Of a stretch of DNA of 64,000 nt, positions 28,498 to 38,549 are shown one piece after another; the first letter of the stretch is position 1, and every line of letters begins with the position of its first letter. The notes under the pieces are model-generated. The model was given only the letters and a program-made list of their open reading frames with translations, did not search any database and was not told the origin of the DNA. The stretch covers positions 1,824,001-1,888,000 of the forward strand of contig CAWKKR010000008.1 of assembly GCA_963850305.1 (NCBI GenBank), read 5' to 3'. Both the position numbers and the translations under genes were made by a program. The DNA is from an uncultured delta proteobacterium. GTDB lineage: Bacteria; Myxococcota_A; Polyangia; Polyangiales; Polyangiaceae.

Positions 28498-30672
28498 TCA
28501 CCAGGGATCGCCGGGGTTCGGTGGGATGGCGCTCGCAGTGCGCGCGGAAAGGTGCGTACGCGCTTCCGCGACTCGCGCGGGCGGCGCCATCCCAGGCATG
28601 CGACCCGCTACGTCGAGCGCCTCGCTGTCGAGACGTGCCGCGACCAGCGCATCGAAGTAGACCGCGCGCACCTCCGCGTTCTCCGGAAAGGCTCGGTACG
28701 CCGGGCGGAGCTCGCGTGCAGCCCGCAGATAGGCGCCGAGTTCCAGAAACGCGCGCGCTCGATCGAGCGATGCGGTGGGTTCGGCCGTCCTAGCCGCGGC
28801 TTCCCGCAGCCGTTCGGTCCGCGCGAGCCCCTCTGCCAGCCCTCCCGCGGCGGCCCGGACGCTGGCGGACGGGGTTTCCTCGATGGCCATGGAGAGTTGC
28901 TTCCGCGCTCGGGCGTAGTCCCCCGCGCGTCCCAGAGCCAGAGCCAGATTATACCGCGCCCCGGCGTCGAGACCGATGTCGCGATCAGTGCGCGCCGCGA
29001 GAACCTCCACGGCCCTGTCGTCCCCGAGCCGGGACGCGACGAAGGCACCGGACGCGGCAAGGTGACTGGACGCGTTCGCGACGTGCACCTCAGCGTATTC
29101 GTCCGGCGGCATCCGCAGAACGAGATCCGCCGCGCGCCCTCCGTCCTCCCGGATTTCTCCGACCGCGAGAGCCGAGACCTCGCGCAGCAACGCTCCGAGG
29201 GCCTTCGTGTTTCCATCCGCCAGCCGAGGCCCGTCGAGCTCTAGCATCCCGAGGTAGCAGCGGGTCGGGTTCGCGAGGAGTCGGTACTCTACTGCCCGGG
29301 GGGCGAGCGCGCGACGAAGGAGCCCGAACGCGCCGTCGATGTCGCCCCCGTTCGCGCGCGCTTCGGCGAGCCCGGCGAGAGCTTGCGGATTCTCCGGGTT
29401 CACCTCGAGCTCATGACGCCAGATGGTTTCGTTCGAGAAATAGTCGAGACTCCGAACCCAGTTCACGGCCGAGTAAACCAGCGTCACCGCGACCACCACG
29501 ATCGCCGCAAGGGGCCGTTCGCTCCATCGGGCGAGCGCCGGCGCCGCGCCCCGTCCCAGCGCCGCGACGAGTGGCACCAGGGGCAAATACAAGAATCGAT
29601 CCGCGGTCGTTCCGGGAAAGCCCGTGTACGACACATTGATGATCGGGAGAAACAGGACCGCGGTCACCATGAGCATCGCCGCGAGCGCCCGGTCGCGGCG
29701 AAGCGCCCTGATGAGAGCGCCGGCGAACGCACCCGCCGCGATCGCACCAAGGACCACCGACGGCACGAAGAGCACGGGGCGCCCGTTCACGATCGGCACC
29801 GGTCGGAAGTGAAACGTCTGCGGCCAGGGCACGACGAGTCGCTCGACGTAGTAGCCGAGCGAGAGCAGCGAGTATCCGACGTTCAGGGGGAAGTGCAGGG
29901 CCATCGACTCGATCTCCGGCGGTCGGATCGGGAACGTCGTCGCGCGGATCGCGAGATAAGCAACGCCGAGGACGAGCGAGGCCGCGAACGCCGTCGCAAG
30001 TCGTTTCCGTTCGGGTCCGCTCTCCGGCAGGAGCACCCACTCGACCGCGAGAAAGAGCGGCCAGGCAACGGCGAACTCCTTCGACAGGATTGCCGCGATG
30101 TACAGGCTGAACGATGCGCTCCACCGCGCCCAGGAACCTCGCGTCCTTGCCGCCGATACGGCGAGCTCGTGGGCGGCGAAGAAGAATGCCGCCATCAGCA
30201 GATCCGTCCGCCCGGAGATCCACTCGACGTTTTCGGAGCGCGTTGGATGTACCGCGAAGACGAGCGCCGCCAGCAGTGCCGCGAAGCTGGAGCCCGTCCA
30301 GCGCAGCGCGAGGAGCGCCACCAGCGCGCAAGTCGCCGCGTGAAGAGCGACGTTCACGGCGTGAAACGAGAGCGCAGACCCCCCGCCGAACGTGTAGTTG
30401 GCGATGTAACTCGTGCAGACGAGCGGGCGATAGAACTTGGTCGATGAAGCCGCGTCCGGGCGTTCCGGCGTGTCCCACAGATCCGTCGTGAAGCAGCGCG
30501 GGATGTAGCGGAGTTCGTGCGCGTAAGGGTTCCGTACGATGAGTGGATCGTCATCGAAGACGAATCCTCCCGCGAGGCTCGGTAGAAACGCAATGAGGGC
30601 CGCGATCGTCGCGAGCCAGACGACGTGGCGTGCCTGCAGACGCTGCACGAGCCCGGCGCGCTCAGCCGTCAT
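28498..30672 (-). CDS. TMTC-like (GT-C, DUF1736-type) glycosyltransferase with a TPR-like C-terminus
   Basis: FVFDDDPLI, FYRPL, FHAVNVALHA, FAVHPTRSENVEWISGRTDLL, SKE, ADRFLYLP. Confidence 0.8.
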   Translation of the reverse strand: MTAERAGLVQRLQARHVVWLATIAALIAFLPSLAGGFVFDDDPLIVRNPYAHELRYIPRCFTTDLWDTPERPDAASSTKFYRPLVCTSYIANYTFGGGSALSFHAVNVALHAATCALVALLALRWTGSSFAALLAALVFAVHPTRSENVEWISGRTDLLMAAFFFAAHELAVSAARTRGSWARWSASFSLYIAAILSKEFAVAWPLFLAVEWVLLPESGPERKRLATAFAASLVLGVAYLAIRATTFPIRPPEIESMALHFPLNVGYSLLSLGYYVERLVVPWPQTFHFRPVPIVNGRPVLFVPSVVLGAIAAGAFAGALIRALRRDRALAAMLMVTAVLFLPIINVSYTGFPGTTADRFLYLPLVPLVAALGRGAAPALARWSERPLAAIVVVAVTLVYSAVNWVRSLDYFSNETIWRHELEVNPENPQALAGLAEARANGGDIDGAFGLLRRALAPRAVEYRLLANPTRCYLGMLELDGPRLADGNTKALGALLREVSALAVGEIREDGGRAADLVLRMPPDEYAEVHVANASSHLAASGAFVASRLGDDRAVEVLAARTDRDIGLDAGARYNLALALGRAGDYARARKQLSMAIEETPSASVRAAAGGLAEGLARTERLREAAARTAEPTASLDRARAFLELGAYLRAARELRPAYRAFPENAEVRAVYFDALVAARLDSEALDVAGRMPGMAPPARVAEARTHLSARTASAIPPNPGDPW

Positions 30673-31696
30673 GCGCCAGGAGTCGTCCGAGCCACCCCTC
30701 GAACGCGTCCGACGCAAACAGGTCGCGCAGGATCGCGCTCGCCTGCCGGACCGCCGCGTCGCGCACGTGCTCCACGATACCCATCTCGTCGAGGACGGCA
30801 CGCAGTGTTCGATCGCCCTCGATCGCGAGGAACGCGGCGATTTCTTGCTCGACGAGCTCGGCCACGAATTTCCTTCGCGCTCCGTGCGCGAGGATATCGG
30901 GCACCCCCCGGAAGATCTCGGCCATGGGTAGCGCCGCGACGTCGACGTGCAGCTCCGCGAGCTTCGTCATCAGGACGTGATCCACGATCTGGCGCGAGAT
31001 CTGTCCGACGATCTCGCGGCCCTCGCGACTCTTCAGCCGATCCGCGAGGGCTTCGCGAAATACCTCCGCTGCGCCGTCGCTGAAGTCGCGGGCAGCGGTG
31101 TGAAGCCGCTTCTCCACCTCCGCGCCGATTCCGCCCATCGCGCTGCGTCCGGCGTCGACGATTTTCTCGGCGCGCTCCTGCACGCTCCTGCCAATTCGCT
31201 CGGCGATCCCACCGACGCCTCGCCCGACTGCGCTCGATGCCGCGACGGCGGCGCCCGTGGCCGTGCCCATGCCCGGCAGGGGCAGCCGCTTCGCGAAGCT
31301 CACGAGAAGGTTTGCCCAGACCGGCGCGAAAAGCTTCCGGATCAGCGCCGGGTCGACCATGCCGTCCGCCCATTTCGCGCGCGGGAGCCGGCTCTTGTCG
31401 ACGATCGCACGGATGGCGTCCGCGTCCGGTACGAGCCCGCCGACCGTCTCTTCCGACTTTGCGACATGAGCGGCATACCGCTCGAAGCCCGGCGCGACGT
31501 GGCGTTCGACGACACGTGCGACGTTTGGTGCGGTGAGGGCCTGCACGACGATCTCGCGCACTCGGTCGACGTCCACGAGCCGACCGAGCTTCTCATCGAG
31601 AACGTGATCGACGGCGAGCGCGACGCCCTCTTCGCGAAGCGGGCTCTCCGCCGAAGAGAGGATCCGAACGATGCGGTCTTTCGTGGAATCGGTCAT
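30662..31696 (-). CDS. Hypothetical all-helical protein
   Basis: 344 aa with GC3 bias; stop overlaps the TMTC start. Confidence 0.75.
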   Translation of the reverse strand: MTDSTKDRIVRILSSAESPLREEGVALAVDHVLDEKLGRLVDVDRVREIVVQALTAPNVARVVERHVAPGFERYAAHVAKSEETVGGLVPDADAIRAIVDKSRLPRAKWADGMVDPALIRKLFAPVWANLLVSFAKRLPLPGMGTATGAAVAASSAVGRGVGGIAERIGRSVQERAEKIVDAGRSAMGGIGAEVEKRLHTAARDFSDGAAEVFREALADRLKSREGREIVGQISRQIVDHVLMTKLAELHVDVAALPMAEIFRGVPDILAHGARRKFVAELVEQEIAAFLAIEGDRTLRAVLDEMGIVEHVRDAAVRQASAILRDLFASDAFEGWLGRLLAHDG

Positions 31697-31777
31697 TCGT
31701 GGGTTCTCGCGCGCAAGCGTCCGACGGGGAGCGCTCCCCCACCTTTTACGAGCTATTGCGACGCGAAACCAGGGCGA

Positions 31778-32365
31778 TCAGAAGCCGATGGATTTCACTT
31801 CACGCGCGGAGTCGCACAGCGGGCCGCCGCTCGCGCATGTCGCTTCCATTTGCACCCTCGCCGCGCGCATCTGATCTTCCGCATGGACGATATCGTCTTC
31901 GTTTCTCGCGTCACGAATCGCCTTCACCGCGTCGGCGAGCGCGTTCACGGATTTCAGCACGTTCAGCTCCGCGGCCGTGCGAGCGTTCTCGGTGCCGCCC
32001 CCATTCACGGGACCTCCCAGCATCGTCGCGATGTCCGGTGCAGGGGAGGGCATCGCGTTCAGCGAAGGCGAGTTCGTTGCCGGGTTCGGGGGCGCGGGTG
32101 GAGTGACCGCGGTTGGGGCGATGGTCGGCGACGGGGTCGTCGTCGCGGCGGCAGAAGCGTCTCTTCTGCGCTCGGTGTCGAGTGCCCGAAAGGCCTTGGC
32201 GAGCGCGTCGTTCATCGTTGCGGAACCCGCGGAAGTGAGCTCGGGAGACCGGGTGAACACTACCGGCGCATCCTTCGGGACATCGAACAGAGACATGGTC
32301 AATCCGACGATCGCGGTGGAGATTGCACCGAATGGAAGAACGGAGCCCGATAGAAAATGTCCCAC
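31778..32365 (-). CDS. Hypothetical membrane-anchored protein with a Thr/Pro/Ser linker
   Basis: GAGGAGG RBS before the GTG; N-terminal hydrophobic segment; C-terminal CASGGPLC. Confidence 0.6.
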   Translation of the reverse strand: MGHFLSGSVLPFGAISTAIVGLTMSLFDVPKDAPVVFTRSPELTSAGSATMNDALAKAFRALDTERRRDASAAATTTPSPTIAPTAVTPPAPPNPATNSPSLNAMPSPAPDIATMLGGPVNGGGTENARTAAELNVLKSVNALADAVKAIRDARNEDDIVHAEDQMRAARVQMEATCASGGPLCDSAREVKSIGF

Positions 32366-32539
32366 GAACGCCTCCTCGTCGCCGCCGGCATGCAGGCCAA
32401 TTGGCGACTATATCACACGGCCTTCGAGGCCTCGATCGAAGCCGCGCGCCAGCGCAGGGACCGGCCTTGGAACCGGTGTAGGGGAAGTGCTGCTCTTGTC
32501 GCGCGGCGGCCTCACTGCTAACCCGCCCACCACCAGCTG

Positions 32540-33187
32540 ATGCTTCACACGCTCCTCGACGTGGTTCTGCATCTGGATCTGCACCTCGCGGCCTGGTCCG
32601 CGTCGCTCGGGTCCGCGATTTACCTGCTCCTGTTCGGTATCGTCTTTTGCGAAACGGGGCTCGTTGCTACGCCGTTTCTTCCGGGAGATTCGCTCCTGTT
32701 CGCCGTGGGGGCGCTCGCCGCGGTCCCCGGCTCGGGCGTCAGTGTCGCCGTCGCGTTGCCGTTGCTCGCGTTTGCCGCCGTCGCCGGGGATGCCGCGAAT
32801 TACAAGCTGGGTCAGGTTTTCGGGGAGCGCGCGTTCAGGGGTGATTTCAGGTTCGTCAATCGGCGCCACCTCGAACGTGCACGAGATTTCTACGACCACT
32901 ATGGAGGTCGAGCCATTCTCTTCGCGCGTTTCGCGCCGATCCTGCGGACCTTTGCGCCCTTCGTGGCTGGTCTGGGCAAGATGTCTTACGGCCGCTTCGC
33001 CCGTTACAACATCGGAGGCGGCGTCCTCTGGGTATCGTTGTTTTGCGGTGCGGGTTACGTCTTCGGAAATATTCCGGCAGTGAAGCGGAGCTTCCACCTG
33101 GTGATCATCGCCATCGTCGTGGTTTCGATCATACCTGCGGTCGTCGAAGCCCTCCGGGCTCGCTCAGCGCCCGACGGCGCGGAGTGA
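32540..33187 (+). CDS. dedA: DedA family membrane protein
   Basis: IVFCETGLVATPFLPGDSLLF, ARFAPILRTFAPFVAG. Confidence 0.93.
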   Translation: MLHTLLDVVLHLDLHLAAWSASLGSAIYLLLFGIVFCETGLVATPFLPGDSLLFAVGALAAVPGSGVSVAVALPLLAFAAVAGDAANYKLGQVFGERAFRGDFRFVNRRHLERARDFYDHYGGRAILFARFAPILRTFAPFVAGLGKMSYGRFARYNIGGGVLWVSLFCGAGYVFGNIPAVKRSFHLVIIAIVVVSIIPAVVEALRARSAPDGAE

Positions 33188-33188
33188 G

Positions 33189-35134
33189 ATGTCGGAATCT
33201 GCGCGTGCTTCCGGTCTGGCCACCACGTCGCAGCGAGCCCCGGTCATGGAGTCCGAGTCGGCCGAGCACGGTATTCCGCACGGGAAGCAGTTGCTCACGC
33301 TTTCGGTGGGGGCCCTCGGTGTGGTCTTCGGTGACATCGGGACGAGCCCTCTTTACAGCGTTCGCGAATGTCTTCATGGCGAGCACGGGATCGGGGTCTT
33401 CCCCGACACGGTGCTCGGCGTGCTGTCGCTCATCTTCTGGGCGCTGACGCTCATCATCTCGATAAAATACGTCTGGTACATCCTTCGAGCGGACAACCAG
33501 GGCGAGGGCGGCATCCTCGCGCTGATGGCACTGGTCACGAACGTGCCCGGGCTGAAGAAGCGCACGATGAAGCTCGTCGTCATGCTCGGCCTCTTCGGCG
33601 CGGCCTTGCTCTTCGGCGACGGCGTGATCACTCCGGCCATCTCCGTATTGAGCGCCGTCGAGGGGCTCGAGGTCGCGACACCCAAGTTCGCGCCGTACGT
33701 CGTCCCGCTCTCGATCCTGATCCTGATTGCGCTGTTTCGCGTGCAGAAGCGGGGAACCGGCGACGTAGGCGCCATTTTTGGCCCGGTGATGGCTCTCTGG
33801 TTTCTCGCCATCGGCACGATCGGCATCGGTCAGATCATTCACAATCCGTCCGTCCTCGCGGCGATGAACCCGGTGCACGCCATTTCGTTTCTGGTCCGCC
33901 ACGGAGAAAGGGGGTTCCTGGTCCTCGGCTCGGTGTTCCTGGCCGTGACTGGCGGCGAGGCGCTCTACGCGGACATGGGTCACTTCGGGGCGCGACCGAT
34001 GCGCGTCAGCTGGTTCGGTGTCGCGTTGCCCGCTCTCCTTTTGAACTACTTCGGGCAAGGAGCGCTCCTCCTCCACGACCCGGCGACGGTCGAGAATCCA
34101 TTTTTCGAATGGCGCCCTCGTGGGGCCTTTACCCGCTCGTGGTCCTCTCGACGATCGCAACGGTCATCGCGTCCCAGGCGCTCATCTCCGGCGCTTTCTC
34201 GCTGGCTCGTCAAGCGCTCATGCTCGGTTATCTGCCTCGCGTCAGCGTCGAGCACACCTCCGATAAGCACATCGGACAGATCTACGTTCCGACCATCAAT
34301 TGGTTGCTCATGCTGACGACCGTCGCCCTCGTGTTCGGCTTCAAGTCGTCCAGCGCCCTTGCCGCGGCGTACGGCGTGGCCGTCACGTTGAACATGATCA
34401 TCACGACGCTCCTCGCGTACGTGGTCGCGCGGCGACGGTGGAACTGGGGGTTCGCGTCGGCGATGGGCGTCACCATCGCCTTCTTGATTCCGGAGGCGAC
34501 CTTCGCGAGCTCGAACCTCACGAAGATCGTCGACGGCGGATGGTTCCCACTCGCGGTCGGAGTCCTCCTCTTCACCGTCTTCACGACCTGGCATCGCGGT
34601 CGCGAACTCCTGAACGATCGGTTTCGCGACCGCGTCGTCCCCCTGGACGACTTCTTCGAGCTCATGAGGCTCGAGCTTCCCGCGCGCGTGCCAGGAACGG
34701 CCGTCTTCATGACGGGAAGCTCGGACGGCACGCCGCCGGCCTTGCTCCACAATTTTCTCCATAACCGGGTCGTGCACGAACACGTCGTTCTTCTGACGGT
34801 CATCACCGAGAAGGTCGCTCGCGTGGCAGCTCAAGACCGCGTGCGCGTGGAGGATCTGACGAACGGGTTTCGGCGCGCGGTGGCTCGGTACGGCTTCATG
34901 GAGGCCCCGGACATTCCGACGCTGCTCGAACGTCCGGAGCTGAAGGAATATTCAATCGAGTACGTCACGTTCTTTCTCGGTCGCGAGACCGTGCTCGCCA
35001 CGCGGCATTTTTCCATGTCTCTCTGGCGTGAGCGGCTGTTCGCGTTCCTGTCTCGCAATGCACAGCCCGCGACGGCATTCTTCGGCATCCCGCCGAGCCG
35101 CGTCGTGGAAATCGGCGCGCAGATCGAGCTCTGA
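33189..35134 (+). CDS. kup: KUP/HAK/KT potassium transporter; one base missing at ~34101-34106
   Basis: GVVFGDIGTSPLY, ADNQGEGG and GGEALYADMGHFG in the first frame; ASQALISG, GQIYVP and VVEIGAQIEL in the second. Junction ENPF(F)|RMAP. Confidence 0.92.
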
Positions 35135-35378
35135 TGTCTCGGGACGCCGGCCACGGCGGGGCGGGTTCGCGGTTCCGGGAACTTCCCGCGAGCGTCGCTG
35201 TCTATCCCTGACGAGAGCGATCACGAGCCACAGTCGGCACTCTCGTCCGGTACCGACACGCCGCGATCGAACTCGCTGACTCGAGCTTTCGGGGTGAATG
35301 CGCGCTCCGCTCGTTCGGTCCGCACCCGTGAAACGTTCGTTCGCGATCGGGAACGTGTTCCCCGAAGAGGAGAGCCCC

Positions 35379-36809
35379 ATGTTCGACTCCGTCCAGCCTG
35401 CCCTTGTCCCGAGTTCAGTAAATCCGTCCAGTTACATGGTCGGAAGCAGCCGTGGCGATGCCGTCGAGGTACGGATTTTCTGGGAAGACACCCTCCTCGA
35501 CGTCGTCGAACTTTCGCCCCCGCGGTCCTTTTACGTCGGCGACGGCGCGCAAACGAAGCGGCCCGTGGACTTCACGGTGCCCGACGTGGAGTCCACGCCG
35601 CTCCTCGTCGCCGACCGCGGGGACATGGCCGTGCACGTCCCGTCCGGCGGAGTGGCCACGGTCCGGAGTCACACCGGAGAACACGCCGATCTGACGCTGA
35701 AGGCCGGCGAGGTTGTCTCGCTCCGCGACCGTTCGGCGCGGATCCGGATCGGCGCGCTCACGTTTGCCGTGAACCTCGGCGCACGCGAAGACCGTTTGCC
35801 CCGCGCGCCGCTCGCGGACGGGGAGGGTCGCCCGCTGGCCTTTTTTGCCCTGACCGTGGGTCTGGGGGCCGCCTTCATCGCATCGATGGCGTTCTTCACG
35901 CCGCCGCTGGGCCTGACGGACGATGAGGGGCTCGACCGCGATCGCGTGTACCTGATGCAACAGTATCTGGACGCTTCTGCGGAGCGCGAGCGCGAACAGC
36001 AGCCGTCGCTGACCCCCAGCGATACGGGCGGCGCGGCCGACGCGCCTGCGGAGAAGGCGCGTGGCGACTCCGGAAAGATCGGCCGTCGCGATGTCGTTGC
36101 CCAGAACAGGCGCGCGAGCGGAACCGAGCCCGGCGCCGAGTTTCGCCCTGCGACGTCGCGCGCCGAAGCTCTCGCGGCGGCCTCGAACTTCGGTGTCATC
36201 GGGCTTCTGTCATCGGGCGCCGCGAGTGCGACGGTCGCCCCATGGGACGACCCCGGCGTCGGCGCGATCGCGACGGAGGGTGGCTTCTTCGGTACCGAAG
36301 CGGGCGACGTCTCGGGAACGAATGGTCTCGGCCTCTTCGGGATCGGAGAAGGTGGAGGAGGTCCGTCGAACCAGATCGGGCTCTCGTCGATCGGGACGTG
36401 TCGCGGAGGCGGATGCACGGCGGGATTGAGCTTCGGGATCGGTTCGAGCCGTACGGGACCGGAGCACATTGCGCGCGCGCCGCGCGTGAGGATCGGCAAC
36501 ACGTTCGCGTCCGGGGGATCGATTCCGGCCGACGTCATTCAGCGGATCGTGCGACAGAGTTTCGGCAGGTTCCGCGGCTGCTACGAGGATGGGTTGCGCA
36601 CGAATCCGACGCTCGAAGGCCGTGTGACGGCGCGTTTCGTCATCGCGCGCGACGGTTCCGTTGCCACCGTGCAATCGGGCGGCTCGGATCTACCCGACCC
36701 GCGCGTCGTGGCGTGCGTACTGCGCGCCTACTCGTCCCTGACGTTTCCGTCGCCCAAGGACGGCATTGTCACCGTGACGTATCCGCTGTCGTTCTCGCCC
36801 GCGGCGTGA
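35379..36809 (+). CDS. AgmX/PglI C-terminal domain (GltG-like, TonB-C-related) membrane protein
   Basis: N-terminal beta-rich domain, TM, Gly-rich linker, then IQRIVRQSFGRFRGCYEDGLRTNPTLEGRV...CV...FPSPKDGIVTVTYP; GAGGAG RBS. Confidence 0.8.
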   Translation: MFDSVQPALVPSSVNPSSYMVGSSRGDAVEVRIFWEDTLLDVVELSPPRSFYVGDGAQTKRPVDFTVPDVESTPLLVADRGDMAVHVPSGGVATVRSHTGEHADLTLKAGEVVSLRDRSARIRIGALTFAVNLGAREDRLPRAPLADGEGRPLAFFALTVGLGAAFIASMAFFTPPLGLTDDEGLDRDRVYLMQQYLDASAEREREQQPSLTPSDTGGAADAPAEKARGDSGKIGRRDVVAQNRRASGTEPGAEFRPATSRAEALAAASNFGVIGLLSSGAASATVAPWDDPGVGAIATEGGFFGTEAGDVSGTNGLGLFGIGEGGGGPSNQIGLSSIGTCRGGGCTAGLSFGIGSSRTGPEHIARAPRVRIGNTFASGGSIPADVIQRIVRQSFGRFRGCYEDGLRTNPTLEGRVTARFVIARDGSVATVQSGGSDLPDPRVVACVLRAYSSLTFPSPKDGIVTVTYPLSFSPAA

Positions 36810-36965
36810 AAGTGGACCGAGCTCGCGTCTCGAGTCGCGACGAGCGGCGGGTGAAGGGGTCGAGCGAGAGGCGAAGCGGACCGCCCCGCGAGACCGGCGC
36901 GGGGAACGAATCGTTCCCTTTCCGGCCTCCCGGAGCGCGACGAGTTCGTCGCGCGCGCGAAGACG

Positions 36966-38435
36966 TCAATGCTCGCCACTCGCGAGCTTTCCGTCGGGCG
37001 CTGGCGCGACGGCTCCGTCGGGTAGTGGCGGCAAAGCCTGGTCACAATCGAGTCCGGGTGCGACCCAGAACAGCTCCGGCGTCGGGGGATAGCGATCGAC
37101 GGAAACGGTCACGTGGCTCTTCCCGTCCGGTGTCACCGTGCGGCGCGTGACGCGCACTTCGAAGCCTCGGATGCCCTTTTGCTTCCGCAAGAAGCGGCCC
37201 TCCGCGAGCTCCGGGTGGATTTCGATCTTCCGCGTGAACGGTTCCACCCGGAGTGTCTCTCGGGACAGGAGCACGGTCGCCGGTTTCCGCTCGCCGAGCA
37301 GCTGCACGCGGACGATGCCGGGACTCACGAGCGTGTGAATCGCGATCGGAAATGGCCACGGATTGCGGAGCTTCAGGTCCACCTCGGGATAGACGACCGT
37401 GGAGTCGAGGCCGAGCGGGATGTACCCGAGGGGACGCGAATGGGGCGACCGATCGACGATGTCCAGGCCCGCATAGACCGCCGCAGCGTGCAGGGTGCTC
37501 GCCATTTGACACGTACCGCCGCCGACGCCCTCCATCATCTCTCCCTTGTAGATCTCGAACGCCGGATGAAAACCGTTCGCGACCGTTCGCGGCCCGACGA
37601 CGGCGTTGAAGCTGACGACGTCCCCGGGAACGAGAACCGCGCCGTCCAGGTGCGACGCGGCGGCCTGGATGTTCGCAGCGCGTGACGCGTCCTTGCCGAG
37701 CCAGCCGAACGACGTCGAGTACTCTGCGATTGTCTCTCGGGGGTTCAAGGAGGCGATGGCATGTGCCGACGCGACGGGCGCAACCGCCGCGCGTGGCAGC
37801 TCGATGGTGATGTCCGGCGCAGGCGCGGACGCGGCGCGTCGCGCGGCATCGCCGATGGCGGCGATCGCCCGGTCCACGTCGAGCACCGCCCCGGCACGCC
37901 CGGGAAGGATCCGCCGGTTCGCGAAGTCGTACCGGGCAGGGAGCGGGCGCGAATCGGAGTCGTCCTTGAGCGGCAACAGCACCGCCTCGGTGCGGGCAGA
38001 GTCGATGGTGACGTCGATCGGGACGTCGATGTCACCGCGCGCCGCGGCGAGGCGTTCCGCGAAGCGAACGGCCGCGGTTCCGCGCCTGCCCAGCGTTTCC
38101 GCGCGCCGTACGACGCCGGCGACGTCGACCTCGACTCCGAGCGCGCCGAACGTCGTTTCGAGGCCGCTCGCCGCGCCGGCAGGGATGAGCCGTACGTGCA
38201 TGCCGCGAATCGCCGCAGTGCGCTGCAAGACGACGTCTCGCGGCGTCTCGTTGCCGTCCAATCGAACCCCTCCCACGCGAAGTCCGACGACGCGCGAGCT
38301 CGGGTCGAACGTCGCCGCCCGCAGGATGGAGAGCGTCCCTCCGTGTTCGACAGCCACGCTCGCGCCGGCCGATATGGCGCCGGCAAGGATCGTCACCGCG
38401 GCGAGTCGCGTCGTGGAGCGCACCACCTTTCCCAT
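36966..38435 (-). CDS. VanW family protein
   Basis: RAANI, SFNAVVGPRT, GGGTCQMASTLH, HSRPLGYIPLGLDSTV, DLKLRN; N-terminal signal anchor. Confidence 0.88.
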   Translation of the reverse strand: MGKVVRSTTRLAAVTILAGAISAGASVAVEHGGTLSILRAATFDPSSRVVGLRVGGVRLDGNETPRDVVLQRTAAIRGMHVRLIPAGAASGLETTFGALGVEVDVAGVVRRAETLGRRGTAAVRFAERLAAARGDIDVPIDVTIDSARTEAVLLPLKDDSDSRPLPARYDFANRRILPGRAGAVLDVDRAIAAIGDAARRAASAPAPDITIELPRAAVAPVASAHAIASLNPRETIAEYSTSFGWLGKDASRAANIQAAASHLDGAVLVPGDVVSFNAVVGPRTVANGFHPAFEIYKGEMMEGVGGGTCQMASTLHAAAVYAGLDIVDRSPHSRPLGYIPLGLDSTVVYPEVDLKLRNPWPFPIAIHTLVSPGIVRVQLLGERKPATVLLSRETLRVEPFTRKIEIHPELAEGRFLRKQKGIRGFEVRVTRRTVTPDGKSHVTVSVDRYPPTPELFWVAPGLDCDQALPPLPDGAVAPAPDGKLASGEH

Positions 38436-38549
38436 TATCCGCCGGACTTCGCTTCGCCGCCCGCCCCGTTCGCCAGGGGAGCGCGGGGAGCAGGGAGCCA
38501 CTCCTTTCTCCGTTTCGGGGTTCTCGTGTTATGAGCGCCGAGAGTCTCG

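Noticed and set aside
31726..31739. Palindrome GGGGAGCGCTCCCC as a terminator or operator
   Set aside because: It is a single short GC-rich palindrome, and its T-tract is on the strand opposite the flanking genes.
33189..35134. kup and the other split genes as true pseudogenes or programmed frameshifts
   Set aside because: They have single-base indels without further decay, motif-biased contexts and no canonical slippery heptamers. Sequencing error is more parsimonious until reads are checked.
35208..35260. Hammerhead ribozyme (CTGACGA)
   Set aside because: No GAAA core follows stem II; there is only a GACGAGAG/CTCTCGTC stem.
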